Assembly: GCA_964016885.1 (NCBI GenBank)
Contig: OZ024754.1
Span: 24,490,001-24,554,000 of the forward strand
Origin: Eledone cirrhosa
Taxonomy: Eukaryota
DNA: 64,000 nucleotides
Direction: 5' to 3'
Positions 1-11,459 of the stretch are shown in pieces. The position numbers and the translations under genes were made by a program. The notes beneath the pieces are model-generated. The model did not search any database. It was not told the origin of the DNA and saw nothing but the letters and a program-made list of their open reading frames with translations. Position 1 is the stretch's first letter. Each line of letters begins with the position of its first letter.

Positions 1-272
1 GTTTAGTTTGAATGTCAAGACGTCCGCAGAAAAGGACTTCTGAAGGATTAACTGTGAGGACATTAGAGCTTACATGATAACACTTGACTAGGATTGTGGG
101 ATTGTTAACGGGGAAGGAGGGGGCCTAATAAAACAAACAAACGATCGAGATAATAGAGGAATGAATTAATAGTCGAGGACAGAAAGGATTTTAGTTGGGA
201 GTGATTATATACGAATATATAACGGAAGGAATGAAAATGTCAGAAGTAGAAAAAAGTATGGAGTGAAATAAT

Positions 273-465
273 TGTTTCTACTTTTGGCACAAGGCCAGCA
301 ATTATCCCAGTGGATTACTGGTACTTTATTTTATCGACCACGTAAGGATGAAAGGCAAAGTTAACCTCGGCGGGATTTGAACTCAGTCCGTAAAGGGACG
401 CAACTGTGCTGCAAAGCATGGTGTTCGACCCTCTACCGATACTGACAATCCACCGCCCTTAATGT
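273..465 (-). mobile_element. tRNA-derived SINE (octopus-type), with apparent target-site duplication
   Basis: Minus strand reads GGCGGTGGATTGTCAGTATCGGTAG...GAGTTCAAATCCCGCCGAGGTTAACTTTGCCTTTCATCC...GTCGATAAAATAAAGTACCAGT, with a B box GTTCAAATCC. Flanked by GTATGGA(G/A)TGAAATAAT at 256-272 and 466-482 (17 bp, 1 mismatch). Homologous to the copy at ~9103-9290. Confidence 0.85.
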
Positions 466-483
466 GTATGGAATGAAATAATG

Positions 484-758
484 GTAGAATGAGTGGAGTA
501 TAGAATGAGTGGAGTGTGGAACGAGTGGAGTGTGGGATGAGTGGAGTTGGAATGAGAGGAGTGTGGAATGAGTGGAGTATAGAATGAGTGGAGTGTGGTA
601 TGAGTGGAGTGTGGAATGGGTGGAGTGTGGAATGAGTGGAGTGTGGAATGAGTGGAGTGTGGAATGAGGAGAGTTGGAATGAGTGGAGTGTGGAATGAGT
701 GGAGTGTGGAACGAGGGGAGTTGGAATGAGTGGAGTTGGAATAAGGGAGTTGGAATGA
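484..758 (+). repeat. Minisatellite, ~15-16 bp unit GGAATGAGTGGAGTGT
   Basis: Directly visible tandem copies with small variants (GGAATGAGTGGAGTT). Confidence 0.95.
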
Positions 759-2299
759 AAACGACCTGTGGTTAGGGAGGGAGTGACATGCTAAAGAGAA
801 TGAAAGGAAAGAATGTTTAAAATGGGAGCCGAGTGAGACAGGAGTATATAACTGAATGAAATAAAAGGAGTAGAGAAAGGAATAACATTTGGAAAATGAT
901 GGGGAGATGAAAGAGTGAATAAAAATCAGTAAATAAGAGAAAGAGAAAAGTTAAGTTGAAAGATGAACGAAAGAAAATAAATGCCAAAAAATTGAATGAT
1001 AGAAGAGAAAACTAGAGATGCATGAGCGAAGAAAAATTAGTAAAAAGACAAATGAAAATAAGTAGAGAGATGAATGAAAAGAGAAAAAGTAAATAAAAAT
1101 ATGAATGAAAATGATAAATAAATAGAGACGAATGAAAAAAAATAAATAAAAAGATGAATGAAAAAAAAAATTTATATAAAGACGAATGAAATCTTAAGAT
1201 AGAAAGTTGAGGCAACATGCTGGTGAATTTAACAGTAGACCCAGAAGGTACCAACCGCTTTCTGATTTGTTAACCATCGAATGTATAGTAGTGGAAACAT
1301 GTGACATCCTGTGTCATCTCTACCACTTCCTTTCTTACTACGATTGGGAGAGTGCTGAACACCCACAAGAATGAGCCACATAAGATCGACTGACTTTTCA
1401 GGTCGTTTCTCTTGCTAGCCTCATGAGTAAAGCCTTTTGCAGTGCTATTAGGTTTTGCACTTCAGAGTGACAGAACGAGCGAACGAAAGAACGGGATGAC
1501 CTTTCATTGATTAATTTGTTCCGAGAGTAGAAATTTATAGAACTTAAAATCTTACTCAGTAGATTTAACTAAATATAATTTTAACCATTTGGTGTAATCA
1601 ATCACTCAAGTTTCCTTAACTGATGTAGCCAGTCTGAAGGTGGTGGTGGTGGGGGGGCACACTAAATGTTTGATTCTGTGTTCATCATTTCAAAGGACCT
1701 GAGAAATAATTGGCAGTGCCGTGTCTGTGAAGGCCATGGACAGTCCCTTCCCCAGCCCTAAACAGAACATCAACGGTATCGTAATATCTATTTTTTAAGG
1801 GTCTGTGAAGGTCATGGTCCTTTCCGACAGCACTACCAAGTAAAACAAAATACATTCCTAATGTAAGTGATTGAATGTAAACTCTTGTTCATTCTCGTAC
1901 TTCTTTATAGTCAAAAATTACATATGGAATGTCGAGTTCTCCTTCTGTTATAGCCACCTACACCTTCCACTATGACCTGCTTATTACACTAGTTTCCACA
2001 GTTTTTAGATCATTTGCTATGACATGGCTGATCTGGCTTCTTAACATAAACAGTTGACAGCACAGAAACTCAGTACACATTCCATCGATACTGAAATAAT
2101 AGAAACAAACAAACCATAGAATAAACAAAGGAATAAATAACAAAAACAAGGAAGAAATGGAAAATATACACATACATAGTCATACATACACACACATTCA
2201 CATACTCACACACGTACATAGATACCTACTACACACACACACACATATATATATATGTATATATATATATGTATACATGTATGTGTGTACATATATATA

Positions 2300-2382
<83 letters not shown>

Positions 2383-2397
2383 TATATTATATATATA

Positions 2398-2459
<62 letters not shown>

Positions 2460-2465
<6 letters not shown>

Positions 2466-2660
2466 TGTAATAAACAACATAAGGCAATTATTTCATTTAC
2501 CAGTGGTTTCTTAAAAGCAAAAAATGTTGCTTTCAATCATCAGAATGAAATAATCCTGGTGTATTTATTGACATTGGATTCTAAAAACAAAAATGCAATC
2601 TATATGAAAGTAAGGCTGGAGAAGGAAGAAGGAAAGGAAAAATAAAATAAAAACACACAT

Positions 2661-2691
<31 letters not shown>

Positions 2692-3010
2692 ATTATATAC
2701 ATAGACACACATATATATATATATATATATATACATACACACATACATACACACACACATATACACACACACCCACATATATATGTGTATATATATACAC
2801 ATACAGATACATATACACATACATACACACATAAATATCAACATATCCATACATACACATACATATATACAACCACGCACATATATATACATATATATAT
2901 AGAAATATAAATATATATATATATATATGCATACACATACACATACATAGCCATACACACATACATATACATACATACACACAATCATACGTATATACAC
3001 ACGTACATAC
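2460..3010 (-). repeat. Left arm of long inverted repeat; putative 3' pLTR of a Penelope-like element
   Basis: 2460-2665 is the reverse complement of ~5715-5920. The match continues through the degenerate microsatellite (aaccacgcac at 2871 pairs with gtgcgtggtt at ~5518). Contains a hammerhead and lies downstream of the minus-strand PLE coding fragment. Confidence 0.85.
2487..2554 (-). ncRNA. Type I hammerhead ribozyme motif
   Basis: Minus strand: ATTATTTCATT-CTGATGA-TTGAAAGCAA(catttt)TTGCTTTTAA-GAAAC-CACTG-GTA-AATGAAATAAT. Perfect 11-bp stem I, ~10-bp stem II, short stem III, GUA cleavage triplet. Confidence 0.85.
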
Positions 3011-3472
3011 ATACACATACATACACACATAAATATACATATACAAATACACAAAATACGCACAAATATACACACGCCCATACACACACATTAAAGTTAT
3101 ATATACACACATACATACATACACATATATACATACATATGTATATATATATAAAATATATATATATATATATATGTATACACACATATATACACACATA
3201 CATACATACATATAAATATATACACACACGCGCACAAATACAACAGAAATATATAATATATACGATTAAATATACATATACAATTACATACAGATAGATA
3301 TAAACATACATACACACACATATATACATACACATATCCATATACACACATATATACATATACACATATACATATACATATACATACATATATATATATA
3401 TACATATACATATATATATATATATATATATACATATATATACATACATATACGCAACACAAAAAAAATTAA

Positions 3473-3975
3473 TATCCTGGGTCATGCCGACATATCGCTC
3501 ACTCCTGGCTGGCTGGTTGTTGATTAAAGGTGTTACTTTAGCCTCATAAACAACAGATTTGGTGTTACATTTGCCCTGCAATGGGCATTCATCTGGCTTC
3601 CTGCAACTGCATCCTGGATTTGTTCTCGTATGATTTGAATTAGTGATCTTGGACTTCATAGATGGGCAACAAGAGTAACTGATCTTTACATTCCTATTAA
3701 ATATCTTATAATATCTATGATTAGGAGGAAAATGTTTATCTAAGAGTTCAAGGAATTTCCTTCCTACATCAGTTTTGACAGTTAGAGAGAAGGGGGTGTA
3801 AACCAAATAATTTTCCTTTTCCTGTTATTGTGGTTAGTTTTAGGGGGGGGGGGGTAGGTAAATAATAAATTTGTTCTGTAAAACCGCTGTTTTTAAGGGC
3901 TTTATTATAATAAGGGGCGGCTTTATTAAAAATGTCTATAGACGAAGATAAGGTAGAAATCCTACGGTTAATGTT
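3473..3975 (-). pseudogene. Penelope-like retroelement fragment (RT thumb/linker to start of GIY-YIG endonuclease), probably Naiad-type
   Basis: Joined frames give INRRISTLSSSIDIFNKAAPYYNKALKNSGF / RKRKIIWFTPP / FSLTVKTDVGRKFLELLDKHFPPNHRYYKIFNRNVKISYSC...[27 protein letters not shown]...YVGMT. VVY...YVG is the GIY-YIG pair, preceded by a CxCx5C linker. Two frameshifts (near the G-run at 3843-3855 and near 3795); both ends truncated at microsatellite. Confidence 0.88.
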
Positions 3976-4513
3976 ATATATATATATTATATATATATAC
4001 ATATGTATGTATATATGTGTATGTATGTATGTGTGTATATATAACTTTAATGTGTGTGTATGGGCGTGTGTATATTTGTGCGTATATGTGTATTTTTTTA
4101 TATAATGGTTTTGTGTTTTTATATAATAGCCTCATTAAAGGCTTGAGCTCTGCCGTAGAGTCAGACTTTTTCCTATGTGTGTGTGTATATATATATATAT
4201 GTATATATACGTAATTGTATGTGTGTTTGTATTTCTGTGGTTGTGTTTTTTTTGTGTGTGTGTATGTATATATATATTTATATGTGTGTGTGTGTATATG
4301 TATATATGTATAAGGGTGTATGTGTGTGCATCATTACATATAGTGATTTGATGATTATTTTCATTGATCTTTTGCTCCAGGAACTTATTGAGTGCTCTAG
4401 GTCTGCTATGGGCATTTATACCCTTTTCTAAATATATATTTTTTTTATTTATTATTTGTCGTATTCCCAATTTTTTTTATATATACAATATTTATTTTAT
4501 AATATTTGTTCTT

Positions 4514-4632
<119 letters not shown>

Positions 4633-4640
4633 GTTATATA

Positions 4641-4678
<38 letters not shown>

Positions 4679-4758
4679 TATGCATACGTATGTGTATGTA
4701 TATATGTGTGCGTAGGTATATATGTGTATGTTAGTATGTATGTATGTGTATGTATGTG

Positions 4759-4791
<33 letters not shown>

Positions 4792-4939
4792 TTTAGAGTT
4801 AAATAAGGTTCATATGAATTATCTAAGAATGAGTTTTACACACATATATATGTGTGTGTTTGTATTTGGTTGTGCGTGTTTGTGGTATGTATGTATATGT
4901 ATGTGTATAATTGTATGGCTATGTATGTATGTGTGTGTG

Positions 4940-4978
<39 letters not shown>

Positions 4979-5344
4979 ATGTATATGTGTGTGTATATAT
5001 GTATATGTGTGTATGTATTTGTGTATGCGTATGTATGTGTTTATGTATTTGTATATGTATATTTATGTGTGAGAGTGCGTGTATGTATTTATTTTTACGT
5101 ATGTATGTGTACGTGCATTTGTGTGTATTGCTTACCACGTGTGTTTGTTCATTTATTTGTTGCCTGTATCGCTGTCAACTTTATAATAGTCTTTATTTTC
5201 TTTTTTATGTCTGTTATTATTATATATATTTTTTCTTATATTTATTTGCGTGTGTGAGTATGTAGAGGTGTGTGTATATTTTTCTATTTTTGTGCATGCA
5301 TATGTATGCATGTATATATGTGTGTGTGTATGTATGTGTATGTA

Positions 5345-5920
5345 TGTACGTGTGTATATACGTTTGATTGTGTGTATGTATGTATGTATGTATGTATGTA
5401 TGTATGTATGTATGTATGTATGTATGTATGTATATGTATGTTTGTATGGCTATGTATGTGTATGTATATGCATATATATATATATATTTATATTTCTATA
5501 TATATATGTATATATATGTGCGTGGTTGTATATATGTATGTGTATGTATGGATATGTTGATATTTATGTGTGAATGTATGTATGTGTATATGTATTTGTA
5601 TGTGTATATATATACACATATATATATGTGTGTGTATATGTGTGTGTATGTATGTGTGTATGTATATATATATATATATATATGTGTGTATGTATATAAT
5701 TGTGTGTGTGTGTGTTTGCATGTGTGTTTTTATTTTATTATTCCTTTCCTTCTTCCTTCTCCAGCCTCACTTTCATATAGATTGCATTTTTGTTTTTAGA
5801 ATCCAATATCAATAAATACAACAGGATTATTTCATTCTGATGATTGAAAGCAACATTTTTTGCTTTTAAGAAACCACTGGTAAATGGAATAATTGCCTTA
5901 TGTTGTTTATTACATAACTA
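5345..5920 (+). repeat. Right arm of long inverted repeat (inverted pLTR copy)
   Basis: Reverse complement of ~2460-3010 with a few substitutions and microsatellite length changes. Confidence 0.85.
5826..5893 (+). ncRNA. Type I hammerhead ribozyme motif (second copy)
   Basis: ATTATTTCATT CTGATGA(5837-5843) TTGAAAGCAACATTTTTTGCTTTTAA GAAAC CACTG GTA AATGGAATAAT. The single stem I difference from the left copy gives a G-U pair. Confidence 0.85.
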
Positions 5921-6057
5921 TTAAGCTCTGTTACCTACATAGAGCACTCTTTTTCCTGGACTTTTCCGACGGAATTACTTCACACATATATATATATATA
6001 TAGATGTATATACACACACACATACATGTATAATTATATATATATATATATATACAC

Positions 6058-6146
<89 letters not shown>

Positions 6147-6344
6147 CGTGTGTGTGCGTGTGTGTGCGTGTGTGTGCGTGTGTGTAAAAGTTTAAAATAG
6201 CTGATAATACTACCATATAAGGTCGAAGAACATTTTAAAGCTCAATGTGATTTTATAGCCCACATCAAGATAGGTAAAAGACAGTTCAGAGTTTAATCCA
6301 ATTACTATAGTCTTACATCCTTGTTAATCCTTATTCTCATTCAC

Positions 6345-6484
<140 letters not shown>

Positions 6485-6563
6485 GGATGGTTTTCTAAAG
6501 GGGCTCAGAAATAAACCACAGGTACTCAATTCGTTAGTTTAGAAGAGACATATTTACACATGT

Positions 6564-6606
6564 CTGATGATTTCATACGAATGAAACAGTTCTAGTCCTG
6601 TAGAAG
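6564..6606 (+). ncRNA. Degenerate hammerhead-like motif, same family as 21173-21212
   Basis: CTGATGA TTTCATACGAAT GAAAC AGTTCTA GTC CTGTAGAA. Core boxes are present but no convincing stem I. Confidence 0.45.
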
Positions 6607-7182
6607 CCACTGCTATATAAATATATACATGCGACGTTTGTCCTTAAATTAAGGGTTCTGATGTTTTATTTAAATGTATATTAGACGTACAGCGAATTAC
6701 AAGTTATCTCCTTCAAAATATGACCATTGGGAAGTCACACGGTAGTCCAGCATTTTTTCCAATAATCACATTGCTGTTTTGTCTCAGGGTCATACTCGAA
6801 CAGCCATGATTCATCTCTTACATTGTGAGTGTGTGTGTTTGTGTCAGTGTCTGTGTGTCCACGTGTATGTGTACGCGCGTCAGGATCTTGGTCTCGATCA
6901 GGTCGAAATATTTTTACTAATATATATATTCATAGAATAATGAGAAAAACTCAACGCAAGAATATCTGTTAAAACAACAAAATGTCCAGCGTTGGGTAAA
7001 AATTACCTTAAAGGACAGATATCTAGATATCTCTCAACCTCCACCCATCTCTCTCCCTCTCCCTCTCTCTATGTATATATATATAGGAACGAGTTACCCA
7101 CTCTATTACCCACTCTACTACCCTAAGTATTGAGTACTTTGGTGCGTTATGGTCCATCTGGTTCCTTACCACATTTCCTTCG

Positions 7183-7214
<32 letters not shown>

Positions 7215-7253
7215 TATAATGTAATGTAATATAAAAATGCATATGTATATATA

Positions 7254-7307
<54 letters not shown>

Positions 7308-7314
7308 TATATAT

Positions 7315-8095
7315 ATACATATGTTCGTATGGGTTATATCGAACATTAATAATAATTTTCGATTCGTTTGTAAACAAACGGCTCGATTTCAAGCTGTGGC
7401 GAACCGGTCACCTGTTTGTTCAACACTGGCTTTGAGGAACAATCAACATGTTTCTGGGTCATTACCCGGCACGACACAGCTCCAAATCGGGCCGTTTGTT
7501 TACAAACGAATCGAACATTATTATTACTGCTCGATATAAACCGTACGATATATATATATATATGTGTGTGTGTGTGTATTATATATATATGTGTGTATAT
7601 GTATATATGTGTGCACGTGCATATATGTGTATACTTACATTTATGTATCAGCTGTGCTAGAGCGAGAAATAAAATTCTGATTTTAGTTTTTATATTCGGC
7701 AAGGCCAGCCTTAACTCGCTCGGTATGCAAATGAGGCTGCTCAGCCGATGTGTACTTAAGACAATAATATATATTTTCAATCGTTCAACAGACTGGCAGA
7801 GGTATACAGTCCTGATGAAGGGAAATGACCCAGAAACATGTTGATTGTTCCTCAAAGCCAGTGTTGAACAAACAGGTGACGATCGGTCACCGGCACGGCA
7901 CAGCTTCTAATCGGACCGTTTGTTTACAGACGAATGAAACATTATTATTAATGTTCGATATAACCCATACGAACATATGTATATATATGTGTGTGTGTGT
8001 GTGTGTGTATGTATATAGATATATATGTGAGTACGTGTGCATACTTACATTTATGTATCAGCTGTGCTAGGGCGAGAAATAAAATTCTGATTTTA
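7315..8095. mobile_element. Non-coding PLE pLTR / retrozyme-like unit: one inverted copy plus two direct partial copies
   Basis: 7318-7463 is the reverse complement of ~7825-7980, and ~7466-7685 is a diverged direct repeat of ~7890-8094 (both end ...TATCAGCTGTGCTAG(A)GCGAGAAATAAAATTCTGATTTT). Contains a hammerhead and is flanked by TA/CA microsatellites. Confidence 0.7.
7799..7853 (+). ncRNA. Minimal type I hammerhead ribozyme motif with palindromic stem III
   Basis: GAGGtatACAGTC CTGATGA(7812-7818) aGGGaaatgaCCCa GAAA CATG TT GATTGTtCCTC. Stem I ACAGTC/GATTGT is extended by GAGG/CCTC; the ACATGT palindrome is typical of minimal PLE hammerheads. Confidence 0.8.
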
Positions 8096-8349
8096 TATAT
8101 ATATATCACCTACGTATATTCCTACTTACTTTGAAGCTCATTTCATTTTCTAGTAACAATTTCTACTAGTGCTAGGTATTTCAAATGAGTTATCATCACG
8201 TGTATGGTTTCAACAAACAAAAGAATAAATTATATAAACACATGCGCACACACACACTCACGCACACACACACACACTCACGCATACATACACACACACA
8301 CAAGTGATTTCTACCATACAGCCACCAACATTACCCTTACCTCGACCAT

Positions 8350-8695
8350 TCATTCCACCACCACCACCACCACCCCACAACCACCACCACAAACACCACC
8401 ACCACCACCACCCCACAACCACCACCACAAACACCACCACCACCAGCACCACCACAACTTCTATTACAAACATCGCCATCGTTACATTCTTTCTACTAAT
8501 AAAACCAGCACCATCACCACCAGCACTATCACCACCACCACCATCACCACCATCACCATCACCACCACCAGCAATAGCAGTAGCAGTACCAACACCCCCA
8601 TGCCCACCATCATCAACTTGATTCTGACGATCATCAACCTCAACCCCACAGTAACCACCACCCCATCACCCCACTACTATAATCACCACCATCGA
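8350..8695 (+). repeat. Degenerate (ACC)n/(CAT)n trinucleotide low-complexity tract
   Basis: Visible CAC/ACC/CAT repeats; these produce the poly-T/P/H ORFs. Confidence 0.9.
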
Positions 8696-9102
8696 TCAAC
8701 CCTCGGTTGAAAACGAGGCTCTTTCAGATCTAAAAGAAAAAAGAAAAATGAAAAGAAATGAAAAAAAAGACAAAATGGCGGCGACATCCTTACAATTTAT
8801 TTTGCGAAAGATTTCTCACTGACTAGACCTGCTTGCGGGGTCTGACTCATGACAAATCATGAGGTTATTCGTCAAGAACTGATTGCTTGTTGATTGATCT
8901 TCGATTGATTCATTCATTATCGATTGGTTCATTATAGATCAAAGTTTTATCAAATTAATCCTTGCCTAAAAGATGGCTATAAAAACCTCATCTCACATCC
9001 GCCTCTTCTCTTCTTTCCCCGGTTCTATCCTTTTTTTTTTTGTTCACAATCTATCGTTTTATTCGTCACTTCTTTATCTTCTCTCGTTATTTCCTTTCAT
9101 AA

Positions 9103-9290
9103 AGGCCAGTAGGTCGGTAGAACCGGTAGAACGTCGAACAATTGTAGCACTATTTATTGCAGCTCTTTATATTCTTAGTTCAAATCTCATCGAGGTCAAT
9201 TTTACCTTTCAGGGATCGATTAAGTAAAGTACCAGTAAAGTACTGAGGTCAGTACGCTTGACTTTCACCTTGCCCTCAAAATTGTTAACT
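9103..9290 (+). mobile_element. Diverged copy of the same tRNA-derived SINE
   Basis: GTAGAACCGGTAGAACGTCGAAC...AGTTCAAATCTCATCGAGGTCAATTTTACCTTTCA...GATCGATTAAGTAAAGTACCAGT aligns with the reverse complement of 273-465. Confidence 0.75.
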
Positions 9291-9292
9291 CT

Positions 9293-9323
<31 letters not shown>

Positions 9324-10460
9324 TTGATAGATGGCTAGAAAGGTCGAGAGAAAGAAAGAAAGGGCATGTAAAAGTAAAAGAGGGGGATAATGTGAAAGAG
9401 AAGACTGAATGAATATGAGAAGACAACAGAAGTTATGACGAGCCAACGCGGGAGCCTCAGTATAGCCGTTCCTGTAGCCAGAAATACGAACTCGATCTCT
9501 ATCAAATCACACATTGGTTGGAGAGAAGACATATTGGGTAATGCTTTTTTGCATACCACTAAAAGTGTGGAACAATTATTGCTGGAATGCTTTTTAACGT
9601 GGGCCTGTTCGATTAGGATAGGCCTTGGACTAGGGTTGAAATCTGGGTATTTAGCGCTCTAGGGTAGCCCCACACTGTGCCTTTTCCTCCTAAATATGTG
9701 TCCCATAATCACAAATAAAATAATTTCAACTTAGTTTTACAACCTAGTTTTTGACACCACTTGCTCTGACAACACTAAGAAAATTACTAAGCGTGCATTT
9801 TTTATTAAACAGTCCACACTCACCAACGCCAGATCATCTTAATACTACATGACCGTTTCCACACCTTTGGAAAAAGATATTTAGGGATTCATTTATTGAT
9901 CCTGACAAATAATGTTTAAGGATTTATTTATTGATTGTAAGAAATTATATATTCAAATTTTTAATGTCTGTGGGGTTCCTAGCAATAGTTAATTGTATTT
10001 GTTATATATGTTTATATATGTGTTTATAGTTTCATTCTGAAAGAATTGTGATCAATTTCAAATGTTATTTATACAATTGTGAATAAAATATCTTCCTCGC
10101 TAAAAACAATTATGTAAATTTGTTTAAAACTATTATTCTTTATGACCCGAAAGTGTGCTTCTGTGGCTGTTAGTTGGACTGGTAGTAACAAAGATCTTGC
10201 CTGGGGCAAAACTAACACACAAAAGCAAAAAACATGCATACATAGACTGAGCGTAACAATGTTCTATTCTTGGGAATGGATCCCGCTGTATTACTATTGA
10301 AAGCCATAGCAGCCATGTATAGAGAGTTCTAGAGAGGTTCCCTAAAGACATAGTCATGGTTCAAAATAGCACAACATACATAGGGGTATTGGGAAAAATA
10401 AGGAATCATCCAGAAGCGGATTAATCGATTGTCGCAGGAAACGGGTGTTTGCTATTTTCT

Positions 10461-10532
10461 CTATTTTGTGTCTCTATTTTGTGTCTCACTCTTTTTTGTG
10501 TCTCACTCTATTTTGTGTCTCACTCTTTTTTG
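10461..10532 (+). repeat. Short 17-bp tandem repeat CT(A/T)TTTTGTGTCTCACT
   Basis: About 4 copies visible. Confidence 0.85.
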
Positions 10533-10931
10533 ATTCTAAGGGTTTTTACCCATTTTATTCAACTATTTATTTATAGTTATCGACTATTATTATAGTTATT
10601 TGCATTGGGGTGACATTATTTTCAAATTATAATTTAATTATATTTTAGGGATAAAGGAATAGAGAAAAATTTACGAGGCACCTAAATTATCGAAATATTT
10701 TCTCGAAAAAAGTTGTTTTCGTGTTTTAAAGTATGAAAATAATATTTTTCTTTAAAATATCCAATTTGACAGTAAGAACAACATTTTGTGATTTCTTGAA
10801 ATCAATTATGTCTGCTAAGATGGAAGAAATATTTGCTACGGTTCGCAATTTATTGCGAAAAACCATTCGTTTCTCACTTTCTCCTGTTTTCTTTTTTCTG
10901 TTCGTCCGACCCCCCCCCTCTCTCTGTACAT

Positions 10932-10984
<53 letters not shown>

Positions 10985-11036
10985 CATACATATGCATATA
11001 TACATACATATGCATACATACATATACATACATATG

Positions 11037-11084
<48 letters not shown>

Positions 11085-11459
11085 TATATAATCCTGCATG
11101 TGTATGTGTGCATGTATATGTGATGCGTTGTGTGTGTCTGTGTGTTATTTGAAATGTAATTTTCGTTGCATTCAGGTTCATAGAGAACTTTGACTTTGCA
11201 TGAAAATATTCTCGTAGTGCTTGGAGAAATATGTTATTATTATTATTATTATTGGTCGAAGCGGACGTATTTTGCTCGCTCACAGTAAGTCGCTTTATTT
11301 GCCTGTTAAAATTATTTGTTGTTAAATATTTCTTGTTGTGTAAGGGATATAAGCCCTTAGACTTTGCCCCGTGAAGGGGAAAGTATAATATTTGGGCTTT
11401 TTGGCCCAAATATTTGAACTTTTTTTTACATGTTAAAAAATTTACGAAGAAAAAAAAAC

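Noticed and set aside
1-110. Possible RTE-type LINE C-terminal remnant (RPQKRT...)
   Set aside because: Too short and degenerate to support without a search.
372-458. tRNA gene
   Set aside because: A/B-box-like head with no complete cloverleaf, continuing into a SINE body and tail.
4135-4470. Unique-looking segment and minus-strand ORF inside the inverted repeat
   Set aside because: No recognisable motif; it may be part of the PLE 5' region but cannot be assigned.
8204-8710. Thr/Pro/His-rich mucin- or extensin-like ORFs
   Set aside because: Trinucleotide low-complexity tract open in several frames, with no splice or domain support.
10140-10430. Faint resemblance to DIRS-type RNase H (LLLKAIAAM...IVMVQNSTTYIG)
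   Set aside because: Needs frameshifts and lacks the catalytic DN; not supportable by eye. A tBLASTx or HMM search would decide.
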